NCBI GenBank assembly: GCA_950097015.1
Contig: CATNEN010000001.1
Location: 13,702,001-13,766,000, forward strand
Length of the DNA: 64,000 nt
From: Macrostomum hystrix
Lineage: Eukaryota > Animalia > Platyhelminthes
Direction: 5' to 3'
In this document: positions 1 through 12,428 of the stretch, one piece after another
Position numbering within the stretch: position 1 is the first letter of the stretch
How the letters are laid out: each line of letters starts with the position of its first letter
Notes under the pieces: generated by a model
What the model was told of the DNA's origin: nothing
Seen by the model: only the letters and a program-made list of their open reading frames with translations
Database searches by the model: none
Position numbers and translations under genes: made by a program

Positions 1-3000
1 AGTGATAATTATAGTACAATGCAAAATACAAGTGCAGTCCAGTGCTGTGCAAATCCTAAATGTTCTATTGCTTAAAATTGCCTTTGTTCCTGACAATGCA
101 AAAATATATTTTAAATGTGAACTTAAATCACTTCGCATGTTGTTAACGCTTACATCGCGATTCTGGCGTGTGAGCTCTCGACTTCAAGACCTATTATACC
201 ACTGCTCAACTACGAAGTCGATTCTCTGATAAGCGCACGCGGTCTCCACCACACTCTTAAAAAGAAGCTGATGCAGGTAAAATAGTCATGTAAGCATGTT
301 GGAACGCTTTGCTATCCATGTTAGCTATTTTTGGAAATTGAAATTGTAGTATTTTAAATTAGAAAGATTAGTAGAAAGATTAAAAATCGCACGCTTCTCT
401 CTCGTTAGAATATTGACCTTCATTATTCATAATGCTTTATGCTGCTCATAAGATTGTTTCTTACGCTTACATTTTACCTTTTACAGCGCAAGAAGTCGCG
501 AGGCGACACTGATGCGACACTTTAAAGTATTTTGCCAGTGGATGTTACTAAGTTATTAACAATATACATGTACATATAAAATTTCAAACTCAATGACAAC
601 TGTTGCATGAAGGCTACTTTTGCCCAACTTGCTCAATTTAATCTTTTTCTTTTCAACCTCTCCGCATTGTGTCTGCATTTTCGCGGTTTGCGAACTTTGT
701 CAATTCGCATTTTTCTTTACCTTCCATTTATTCAGTACTTTGAATTAAGCCCGATGTAGTGTCAGCTTGTTTGCCCGTGTTATTATTCAGTACTTATTTT
801 TAGACACGTGTATTTTGTTAGGAGTTCACCCACGCCAAGCCGGGCCGGACCAGCTGGGGGAAAGGACGCCCACCACCCCGCGAGCGCTACCCCTGGGCTA
901 TGGTCCCAGCCAATCAGCGAGCGACCCGGCCTCACTACCTGTCTACCCTCGGCAAGAAGCGACCCCGGGGCTCAGAATGGCGGTCGCAAGTCTACTGCGA
1001 TTTGTCGCCTTGGCTCAAGCTACAGCCAGGCATCCACCTCGCCGATCGACCTAATTTGGGGTTAAAATGACTCTATATAACGAAGCGTGTTTTTGTAGTT
1101 CAAATTATCTTTTCTTCGCAATTCGCCTCACACTGTGAGAAGCACGTGCAAATTATCGTTCTCTGCAATTCGCCTCACACTGTGAGAAGCACGTGCAACT
1201 TGTCCACTTGTTTTGTCCCTCCCCGCCCGACCACACTCCGCTTGTTCAGTTAGGTAGCTTTCGGAGCTACGCGTCTTGAGAGTGCGCCGCTGACAAGGAT
1301 GGTCTAGATAGGCGCTTGTTGTCGAAGTCAGTACGTGCTCTCTTCGGAGACTCCGCCGTCAGGCAGAAGGAGTGCCAACCGATAGGATCTGTCGGGGCAG
1401 CGCTGAAAGCAGAGACAACCGGAGCCTCTCGGGAAGAGTAGGGCGCGGATGTAGGCCAGTTAAGTAAAAATTGTTATATCCAAATTGTTAGACCAGACTT
1501 GCTTCTCACTGTGAGCGCGCTATAATTTATTTCCGTGTGAACATCTATTCTGTCAGTATAACTTTTAAGTCAAGTAAACTATATTCAAAGTAATTCCTAT
1601 TCGTATCTGGAATCTTAGTCACAGCCGATTAACTCACTCCTAATCAATTTATTCGAGTCTTCGCGTTCATACTGTGTTATTCTTTTTCATTGGGAGTTTC
1701 GCCGGGCCGGAGGGACACTCTGGTCTCATCGCTTATCTATTCCGCTTCGCTCACTACCGCAGTCTCTAACGCTAGTTAATTCCAGATTTCCCTGCTGCTA
1801 TTGAAACGATTGGTAGGACACCGACCCTGGTGAATAGTGAATAGTCGCTAGCTTTAAATACCTCCCGCTCCAGCTAGGACATTCATTTTATTACACCGAC
1901 TAAAATATTTATTAAAAACAATCTGCATTTTCTAGGCAAACGTCTGTATTCTTATTTTTTTACTGCATTTGATGATAATATAAACTGTTTGATTTTGCAA
2001 AATGGCAACAAATACATCTAAATTCTCGAATAATCTAACCATAGCAACCCGTTCATAACTTCGATGCAGTATTGAAAGGTTTGAAAGAGAAAAAATGATG
2101 CAGTTTGCGGAAGTTTGCAGTATGTCTTCAACGTCTCGTATTTTGGTATAGATAAATGCATATGATTGTTAGCGTCGCGAAAAGTTCACGTCGGCAATGT
2201 ATTTTGATATAGATGCATGTATATAATAGTTAGCGTCGGGAAAATTTTACGTCGGCAATGTATTTTGATATGCATTCATGCATTTAATAGCAATGTATTT
2301 CATATGAGGCCTAAATGTCAGGGTTTTTAAGAGATGAGTCTTCAGCATGACTAATTCTCCACTTGGGTGGGTTTGGGAATTCCCTGTTGCACACCCCACT
2401 TAAAATCTCGTCCTGCTAGCAGCCACCCAACTCCATTGTATGTACATTTTAACTTCGGTTTAACGTCGGTAAAAACTGATCGGCCAAAGTTATATACATA
2501 TGCAGCAGACAAAATAACCCTAGCTAGTACCAACAGCTGTTAATAGCTAGTGAATGGCTATAATTTTTATGACACTTTAGGGTCTGACATACAAAGGTAG
2601 TCTATATTTAGTAAGCTTTTGAGTTCAAAAATGCATGCACAGCACCTTTTTAGACAAACTGAACCTGTACAAATGATTATTCAAGCACTTACAATGTGAC
2701 GAGTTCTCAGATGCACTGATGTAAGGAAAGCAGTTGCCAGGTAGTACTACCTTAAGCCAGTCAACAATGCCACCATACCAGCAAGTGTAATAAGGGCATG
2801 TTCAGAAATTTTAAATATTTGAATAGCTTAAAAAAACTTATTATTATTAGCACAAATGCTAACACAGTATTATAATTAAGCAAAATGCACTCACCTTTAA
2901 TTTGGAGCTTAGGCTATAACCTTAGTCTTTTTGTTGTACGTGCCGCACTTCGTGTTGAACAATTGTTGTGGGCCAATTTAAATTCGCGCTAAGAATATAC

Positions 3001-3903
3001 TGTATGTATGCTAGTAATATTTGACTTATTTTCTATTTTGTTTAAATGGCATAAATGCACTCAGAATACACCCAGTATAGTTGAAAGATTACTATAAATG
3101 CAGCCTGGTTTCAGTTAGGAAATTAACCGTTTCGTGCCTATTATTAGAAACAGTTCAAATCTCCTCGTGAGCGATCTTACACAAGCCTTACTTATTTCTA
3201 AAGTAAGCGGAAACTGCGAACATTCCGATCCGGGGAAAGCCCGAGTACTGACTGGCCAAAGAGCCTGAACTATCTGACCCAGTGTCTGAATCACCTGTGA
3301 GCTTTGTCTCCAGAACTGACTAGATCTAAGATCTAGAATATTACTGGCAGGAGGCCAGAGATATCGTGTTAAAACCACGCTACCCTAACTATCATTAGTT
3401 TGTATCAGCCCACCCAAAAAGGGTGCGGAATAATGGTGGGTGATCGAAAGTAATAAATAAGGAAGTTTGATTAGGCAGTTTCAGTATGGATTATTAAGAG
3501 GAGAGTTTGAATTATTAGGAGAGTGCAATTAGAAAAGAAGCACTACGACACAATGCAGCTCATTCCATAAGCCAACTCCAAGCATTCGCTTAGAGTTGAA
3601 TGCATGCCCTTGTTGCCGTTGGATAAAGCATTTATTAAAGTTGCATATTTTTAATTAATAATGATATTTACGTTGCAATGCGAATACCAATTACGTATTT
3701 AAATTACCACTTTTGCGCCTTAAAACTCCTTTTCGCCTTTTAGATCATGCGCCTATACTAAAACGATCAAGCACCTATATCTAGCTATGCTGTAGCGATT
3801 CTGGGGCTTGGGCTTCAAAGTGTTACCTATTCCATGAAACATTTTTGCATTGTCGAAACAATTAGCCATCAAAATTTAACATTGCCCGACCACAGACAGG
3901 AAG

Positions 3904-4194
3904 TTGCTGCTGTGGGAGTTTCTGTACCAGTTACTCGTAACTCCGTCTGTCGCTGACCTGTCGCCAACCCAGCTTGCGCTGGGAGAGCAAGCTGGAGGGC
4001 AATTTCCAAATATTAAATCCAACCGGCCTAGCAGAGGCCTGGGCAGTTACGAGCGGCGGGAAAATATGAACTTCGCAAAGATGCACCGAGCGCTGAGGTA
4101 CTACGAGTACTACAAGGAGAAGCTTATCACCAAGACCCACTACGAGCACTTCTACAAGTTTCACTTCGACCACGAGAAGTTAAAAATTTTTTAA
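3904..4194 (+). pseudogene. Degenerate, intronless ETS DNA-binding domain fragment
   Basis: LLWEFLYQLL ... MNFAKMHRALRYY..YKEKLITK..YEHFYKF matches the ETS consensus (LWxFLxxLL...MNYxKLSRALRYYY...K...YKF). The middle is decayed and no flanking exons are evident. Confidence 0.75.
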
Positions 4195-5318
4195 ATGACT
4201 GACAAGCAAAATGACACCCAAATAAGAAATCCCATGATATAATCAAAGTCTCAGAAATCCCAACAATGCCCCAAAAATCACATGATCCTGACAGTCCCAT
4301 AACTACAATCAGACATTCCATAATCTACAAACATGACTTAAAATCCCATAATCACAAGTTCTCAGCAATGTCTCACGAATCTCAACAATGCCCCAGAAAT
4401 CACATGATTCAGACTATGACTGAATTATATCATGGATTGTCAGTTGCGCTACTTCACTCATGAAAACTATTGTTTCTTACGGCCATGTTTTGTTCTGTTT
4501 TCTAGTGTTTTCTCATTGTCCATGCATGACTTTCATCGGTAATTAAACCTTGATTTTGAAGACATGTAATTGAGGCAGACTGTTTCCTATTAAAGTATGA
4601 GATCTACGAGTACTTATAAATGCTATAATATGAATAAACTAATAGTTGCTGCACATTATTTCATAAACTAAAACAAACAAAACAAAAAGCCCACTCAACC
4701 TTGTTGCGAGTGCAGCCGGGGAACTCCATTAACATGACAAGGAGTCCGTGAAGGTCGCTGTCGTTCTCTGCTAAACCCCGCTAAACTCGGCCAGATGCAG
4801 CTAGCCGGGATGCTGGGCCAACTTGTGCTCGACGCTGACTGAATTTCGCCCGTGCTGCGAAGGGTCAGATGAATTCGTTTATCTCATTTTGAATTCCTAA
4901 TGTGAATTTAAACTTCAACTGCTGAAGAAGAAAGTAACTGCATACATGTACATCCGAGGTAAAAACTAAGAGCGATGTCTCGTCGGTACATTTTCTGCCG
5001 ACCACCTTGCAACACACATCTCAGGATTTTATGAAACGGGGAAAACTAAAATTAGAAATTCACAGTATACAGTTTTTTGCTTTCGGTTGAAATTTGACCT
5101 TGTCAACTGTGAATTTCAGCTACATTTCAGTAAGCCTTTACAGGGACCGATGCGAAGGACGGGAATCTCTTGAGTTTTAGATTGATCAAACTCAACTGAG
5201 AGTCTACGACATGATGAAATTCATCGTAATTTTCAAAAAGGACAGACAGGTTGTGGAAGTTCCTGAGACCAACGTCTTCCTTCCCAGGGAAATGGAGGGA
5301 TGGTCGCGGGAGAAGTGG

Positions 5319-7024
5319 CAAGGACCACTGTAGTATAACAGGACGGGAAACTCAAAGATCGTGTAAATTTTTTGAAGGCCAATTTCCTGTAAAAAATACA
5401 TTGCGGAGATAGGAGAAAGTCATTTTTTCAGCACATAATCAACTATTGCTTTTGATCTGGAGCAAGTACAAATCCGCTTATCTTAGTACAGCATGCTCAA
5501 CATTAAGCTCCATTGTTTTTTATATAGCTTTGTTTATAAAAGTCTCATTTTCATATATATTTTTTTGTCAAATGAAAATAAAAAAACTCACAACTGTCAC
5601 AAGTTTCGTTGGCAGAATTTCAGTTTTGTTCCTTCTCAGATTGAACATATTTGTACTAAATATGTTGTATAGAGACACTCTGAAGCTAGTATTGTATGTC
5701 TAGTCCCATGTCAATCCATATAGTAATAGTACTTAGCTATCCAAAACCTGCCTAGCTAACTCTAAGTAGGCCCTGCCACCTAATCCAATGTCATATTATT
5801 GGACTGAAATGCACCAGGGTGTGCACTATGTTGACTTGCCAAATTGGGAGAAAATGATATTATATTTTTACAATTTCATTGACCTAATCTTTACACAACT
5901 CTATGGTTTGGCCAAGCTTTGCTTATAGCTAAGAATGTAGGACTATAAAACAAGTATGTGCCTAAATTAAATAATTTACTAGCTATTTATTGCATTGCAT
6001 TAATGGCTTGACACTGTGCTCTTTGTATTATAATTTTTATTAGTAGGGCATTACTTAACTAACAGGGCTCTAAAAGTATAGATATATAAATTAAAAAGTT
6101 AACTAACTTACTTGGTTGCATTTAAATCATTTTGAAATTCATTGTATCTTTTATAGCTATATAGTAGCTACTGTTATAGTAATTGTAATGTTTTTGGCTG
6201 ATTGTTTTGGCACACTACTTAGCTTATTTGTTAATTCAAACAATTTAGGCCAAATTAAGAATATTTTGCTATAGTAGCCTATCTTGAGCCATTTAATATG
6301 CTAGTCTATATATAGTCTATAGATTTAGAAAGACACTATTATATAATATAATGGTGATACTTTAAATATATATATAGTTTAATTCTAGAAATTTTAGAAG
6401 TGCTAATTAGTCTATATTATAGGAATAGCTAATTGAAATGTAGTAAGTAATAAATAGTACTATTGTCTAGCAATCTAATAGTAGACACAAGTTAGCTAAG
6501 CATTTTTCTTAGTTTTTTTACAAGCCAAAACTGATAGATTTTTATGTATCAGCAATTGTTTGGTAGTATATTTTAAATTTATATTACATTTAGATTCCCT
6601 CTATTCCATTCTAGGCATCTATTCTAGTAGCTAATCAGCATGCCAATGAAATGTTGTGTGCCAGAGTGCACTAGCAACCATTCTTCTATGGAGAAGGCTA
6701 CCATTTATGGCTTTCCTCAGGATGATGAAAATCGCCAGCTTTGGCTTGATGCATTGCCTATTGAAGTGAAGGTGGGTACTCTTGTGATTTCTGTGTCTGT
6801 TTCAAAAGTAAAGTACTTTACTTCATAATCACACTAACTCTCCAGAGTCCATCTAAGTTCACTGGGATTTGTGCCAAGCACTGGCCAACTAATGCAGCAC
6901 TTCGAAAAGTTAAACGCTTCTGGAGGCCAATTGATCCACCAAGTGTCTTTCCTGACACCCCAAGGTCTTCACTGCACTTGACTGCCTCAAGTGAGCAAAA
7001 TTCATTAATGCTAGCTTTCAAATT
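5319..7024 (+). repeat. Left terminal inverted repeat (1706 bp)
   Basis: Reverse complement of 10723-12428. Mirrored ORFs translate identically (5446/12301 and 6640/11107; coordinates sum to 17747). Confidence 0.95.
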
Positions 7025-7080
7025 CATGGCAAAAAATTAGTATTAAGGCTCCTTTGTTCCAATTTATTCACTTCAGAGCA

Positions 7081-7385
7081 GCGACCATTGAACTTCAGGC
7101 CCGTGACCATCGAACTTCAGACCAGCGACCATCGAACTTCAGACCAGCGACCATCGAACTTCAGGCCAGTGAACATCGATCTTCAGGTCAGCGGCTATCG
7201 AGCTTCAGGCCCGTGACCATCATACTTCAGGCTCGCGCTTCATGAGAGAGTCCCACCTCATCAGGCCAGTGACCATCGAACTTCAGGCCTGTGACCATCG
7301 CACTTCAGGCTCGTGCTTCATGAGTGAGTCCCACCTCTTCTGGTCATTGAGCATCAAACTTTAGGCAAGTGACCATCAAACTTCA
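7081..7385 (+). repeat. 22-bp minisatellite (GCGACCATCGAACTTCAGACCA-like) inside the transposon
   Basis: About seven consecutive degenerate units 7081-7234 plus further copies to about 7385. Confidence 0.85.
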
Positions 7386-7965
7386 AGCCTACAATATGTT
7401 ACGCTTGTATACATTTTCTTCTGCTTGCTTGCCTGTCTTTCTAACTCTGCTGGATGTTTCTTCTTTTATACGCTGAGCATATTCATTTGTTTTCCACACT
7501 AACTAGAGACTGTATTTTGCTAGGCTTGCTCTTCTTAACTGGTTAACTTTTTGGCTCCAGATGGATCATTTTGTGTGACTACGAGTACTATCGTTTTTGA
7601 CAGAATTAACTCCCACAGTTTAGAATTTCCGTTTCAGCAGATCAGGAAAAAAGATCTAGACAACGCTTAAATTTTCTTATTAAAACGTGAATTATTATTA
7701 ACCTGGGTTTTGACTCGTAGAAATGTTGTACAAATAGTGCATCAGCTAATATTTGAAAATGTATGTATTTTCAAATAAAAATCTTTAAATATATAAAAAG
7801 TATCCTAAATGTGAGCATATCGGAAATATTTTTTGTTTGTGCTTAAAAAACTTTTCTTTTCATTTTTGGTGCTTTCAAAGACTTGGACCAGGCAAAACGG
7901 ATAAAACGTAGGGGCGGGGGTAGGAAGCACTTCCATCTAGAAAAATGTAGTAAAAAAGGCAAATG

Positions 7966-8090
7966 AAAACATCGGCTGTGCCACGGGAAAAAGTAAACAG
8001 GCCAATGAACACATCGGCTGTGCCACCGGAAAATGTAAACAGAAAATGCACACTTGACACATCGGCTGCGCCATTGGAAAAATGTAAACC
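7966..8090. repeat. Three degenerate ~45-bp tandem repeats just downstream of the transposase
   Basis: ACATCGGCTG(T/C)GCCA...AAAA(T/A)GTAAAC recurs three times. Confidence 0.6.
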
Positions 8091-8112
8091 GTAAAAGCAC
8101 ACGTGATGAAGC

Positions 8113-11107
8113 TTAGTTGCTTGGATTGAGCTTCCGCAGTCTACGTGCACTGATATTAGGTTGTCTCTCAGGCTCGGAGTCTCGCCGCACTAAACCCTTA
8201 AAAAAAGTCTTAGCCAATCTTCTTGAGATGCGGCAAAGCAGATCAGGTTCAATGACCATGTCTATGAAGGCTTCATAAACGACGGAAAATGATTGCACAC
8301 AATGGTTAACGCAGTGCGAGATAGTGCTGCAGAAGAACGAGTAGCAGTAGAATGAAAAAACCAGCAGCCATTCTGGAGGATGCCTCAGCTGACCTCGGGA
8401 TAGCAGTGTCGTAAATTCGCTTGAATCAGTAGCATCGGCTACATCTGGGGCGTCGCTGTCCATGGGCAAATTCTCTTTTGCTGCAACATACCCACAGATG
8501 TAGTAGAGCGATGCCTCCTCGTCATCCGTGATATCGCTCGTCTTATCAGGTAGACTGTCCATAGCATCCATCTCGGGATCCGTCATGCCAGCTGTGCAAC
8601 ATGCGGATTGCACATGCTCGACATTGCTGAAATGCAGCTTGTCGTATAGCTGCATGCGACGAAGTCTGGCGCTAGCGAGCATTTCATCCACCGAAATAAA
8701 ATAACAACCTCCGTGTCCTTGGCGGTAAACGCCGAACTCTCCTTCCAAACGATCCGACTGGAGCTCACCTAAAAGGCAGTGTATACATAAATGAAAGTAG
8801 GTAAAAAATACATACAGGAAAAAGTAAGCGCTTCACTTTCCTACAATAATAGTTGTGCTCAATTCCAAAAGCAGACATAAAAAGACAAATAAAAAATGAA
8901 GGAATAAAGGAATGCTTACCCAGAAGAACGTATGTGAAACCATAATTGCTTAGCAGATGCTTGCTCAATTCAACTAAGCCATGAAGAGTCTGTAAGAGAG
9001 CCTTCTTAGTCTCGGTAGTCAAAGAACGCGGACGGCTTGCTCCTCGACCGCATGGCATTAGATTAACAAGTTCAGAAAAGCTTAGAAGCTCGGTTAAGCC
9101 AACGCAGTCAGCAGATTCAATTGGAGCTCTCATTTCATCGTTGAGCCGAATGTGCGAAATAGGAGATTTGACATTGACGATTTTCCAGAAGTTCGAGACA
9201 CGCTTTACGAATTCGGCAGTGTCTGAGTGGCCATGAGCTTGGAGAGCAGCGACTGTTTTATCATTAAAAACGTCTACCACCAGCTTAACTTTTTGCCGCT
9301 CTAAAGCAGATGGGTTGCAAGCAGACGGGCTCAGTGTAGTAGGCCGCACGATGTGGTCACGCGTCGTCTCCTCAAGTTCGACAATATCGTTCCATTTGGC
9401 AGTAACAATCTCACCAGATGCAGAGCGGAACTGGACCTCTTTGTGTCCCTGTGTGTACCAGTTGTTTCTAATGCTCTTCAAAAGATGAACTGTGTCGAAT
9501 AGGAGATACAATGGCAGAGACGGATCCGCGGGATTGACTGCCAACCATGGCGCATCCGACCTATCTTGTCTAAATAGTTCAAAGTTGCGTTGATTGGTAA
9601 AGTGGTTGTCACAAATCAAACTCAAAACAGTCCCACCACATTCGTGAACAAGCTCGATGAGACGTAGCAGCTGGCCATGCAGGAACTGGGTCTGCAAGCT
9701 GAAAACTGGCACCAGCCGAGCCACAAACGCGTCTGCGCCCATAAAGGGCTTTATCATAATAGCAAGAACAGTCCTTGCCAGCCTGTCGGGCGAATCCTCC
9801 GCGAATCCTACAGCATGCCCGCCACTTAGACGTAGGGATGGCTTCACGTAAACTTCGTCGAATATAATCGAGCAGCAGCGCTGCAGTGGTGTGCAGCGCT
9901 CCATGTAGGACAAAATTAATTGGCGACAGTCCGCATCTGTTCCTACATCACCAAGACCACCAAGGTGAGACCTCAATGTTTTGGGATGAGGAACATAGGC
10001 GATGCTTCTCAGCACGCGGTATCCACCACGGCCAGCAAAGTACAACTGAGCAGCAGTCATTATGTCCTGGCAGTTGTAGCGCATTCCATTCGGATCAGTA
10101 AGACTGAGCTGCAGCTGCCGGACAAAAAATGATTGGCGTGAGTTCTCCTGACACAATTCCTGCAGGGCAGTCAGGTGGGCTTCTAATTCCTCTCCTAGGT
10201 TGGTCCCAGCTTGCCTTACATGGCTTTCCACGGCCTCCAATTGCGAATATCGCTCCAGTCGGTGCTGGAAGCCCAATAGATGCGACACTGGGACTTCAGT
10301 GCTGCAACGATGCACAAGGATGCTAAAGTCGGGTCGCACCAAAATTGACGCCTCAACAACAAGGTTTTTAACAAGAAGAAACTCAACGCCACTGTCACTG
10401 ATTTGCACGAGCCATCCTGCACTTGGAACAAAGGCAAGGTTGGGAGCCTTAATACAAAATTTTTGCCATGAATCTATTTTGTCAGTAGAGTCATATGACT
10501 GCAGCGTAGCCTTGGCACGTTGCTCTTGAAGCACACAACGTTGGGACAGATTCCTTGAGTGTCCTAAAGGGAAGGGTGATAGTGAAGTATGAAACATATG
10601 TGTTATCATTGGACTAAAATTCAATTAAGTTCATGCCATAAATTCTGATATAAAATGCAACAGGGAACGATGCGCTTCTTACCACTAGAATTGTTAATTT
10701 GCCTTTGGCTAAGCAAAGTTACAATTTGAAAGCTAGCATTAATGAATTTTGCTCACTTGAGGCAGTCAAGTGCAGTGAAGACCTTGGGGTGTCAGGAAAG
10801 ACACTTGGTGGATCAATTGGCCTCCAGAAGCGTTTAACTTTTCGAAGTGCTGCATTAGTTGGCCAGTGCTTGGCACAAATCCCAGTGAACTTAGATGGAC
10901 TCTGGAGAGTTAGTGTGATTATGAAGTAAAGTACTTTACTTTTGAAACAGACACAGAAATCACAAGAGTACCCACCTTCACTTCAATAGGCAATGCATCA
11001 AGCCAAAGCTGGCGATTTTCATCATCCTGAGGAAAGCCATAAATGGTAGCCTTCTCCATAGAAGAATGGTTGCTAGTGCACTCTGGCACACAACATTTCA
11101 TTGGCAT
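8113..11107 (-). CDS. THAP-domain P-element-type transposase, 4 exons (11107-10976, 10901-10757, 10563-8920, 8768-8113), ~858 aa
   Basis: THAP C2CH (CCVPEC...FP...W...ICAKHW). Catalytic-core motifs IFDEV, LICDN, FDTVHLLKSIRNN and QSDRLEGEFGVYRQ, plus YYICGYV. All three GT-AG introns are phase-compatible. Confidence 0.9.
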
Positions 11108-12428
11108 GCTGATTAGCTACTAGAATAGATGCCTAGAATGGAATAGAGGGAATCTAAATGTAATATAAATTTAAAATATACTACCAAACAATTGCTGATA
11201 CATAAAAATCTATCAGTTTTGGCTTGTAAAAAAACTAAGAAAAATGCTTAGCTAACTTGTGTCTACTATTAGATTGCTAGACAATAGTACTATTTATTAC
11301 TTACTACATTTCAATTAGCTATTCCTATAATATAGACTAATTAGCACTTCTAAAATTTCTAGAATTAAACTATATATATATTTAAAGTATCACCATTATA
11401 TTATATAATAGTGTCTTTCTAAATCTATAGACTATATATAGACTAGCATATTAAATGGCTCAAGATAGGCTACTATAGCAAAATATTCTTAATTTGGCCT
11501 AAATTGTTTGAATTAACAAATAAGCTAAGTAGTGTGCCAAAACAATCAGCCAAAAACATTACAATTACTATAACAGTAGCTACTATATAGCTATAAAAGA
11601 TACAATGAATTTCAAAATGATTTAAATGCAACCAAGTAAGTTAGTTAACTTTTTAATTTATATATCTATACTTTTAGAGCCCTGTTAGTTAAGTAATGCC
11701 CTACTAATAAAAATTATAATACAAAGAGCACAGTGTCAAGCCATTAATGCAATGCAATAAATAGCTAGTAAATTATTTAATTTAGGCACATACTTGTTTT
11801 ATAGTCCTACATTCTTAGCTATAAGCAAAGCTTGGCCAAACCATAGAGTTGTGTAAAGATTAGGTCAATGAAATTGTAAAAATATAATATCATTTTCTCC
11901 CAATTTGGCAAGTCAACATAGTGCACACCCTGGTGCATTTCAGTCCAATAATATGACATTGGATTAGGTGGCAGGGCCTACTTAGAGTTAGCTAGGCAGG
12001 TTTTGGATAGCTAAGTACTATTACTATATGGATTGACATGGGACTAGACATACAATACTAGCTTCAGAGTGTCTCTATACAACATATTTAGTACAAATAT
12101 GTTCAATCTGAGAAGGAACAAAACTGAAATTCTGCCAACGAAACTTGTGACAGTTGTGAGTTTTTTTATTTTCATTTGACAAAAAAATATATATGAAAAT
12201 GAGACTTTTATAAACAAAGCTATATAAAAAACAATGGAGCTTAATGTTGAGCATGCTGTACTAAGATAAGCGGATTTGTACTTGCTCCAGATCAAAAGCA
12301 ATAGTTGATTATGTGCTGAAAAAATGACTTTCTCCTATCTCCGCAATGTATTTTTTACAGGAAATTGGCCTTCAAAAAATTTACACGATCTTTGAGTTTC
12401 CCGTCCTGTTATACTACAGTGGTCCTTG
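10723..12428 (-). repeat. Right terminal inverted repeat (1706 bp), containing the transposase upstream region and exons 1-2
   Basis: Reverse complement of 5319-7024. Confidence 0.95.

Larger units (their letters stand above)
5319..12428 (-). mobile_element. P-superfamily (THAP9/Galileo-like) DNA transposon with 1.7-kb terminal inverted repeats
   Basis: Ends CAAGG...CCTTG. 8-bp TSD AGAAGTGG at 5311-5318 and 12429-12436. TIRs 5319-7024 and 10723-12428. Internal spliced transposase. Confidence 0.93.

Noticed and set aside
150-512. Possible terminal exons of an upstream gene (donor ~277, acceptor ~486)
   Set aside because: Splice signals are plausible, but there is no recognisable product and the window edge prevents confirmation.
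816-1895. Solo LTR call for the GC-rich block with a 32-bp duplication (1120-1151, 1167-1198)
   Set aside because: TG...CA ends are possible, but no TSD or second copy could be found.
5319-7024. Assembly artefact explanation of the long inverted repeat
   Set aside because: A perfect 8-bp TSD, P-type termini and restoration of the interrupted ORF support a real insertion.
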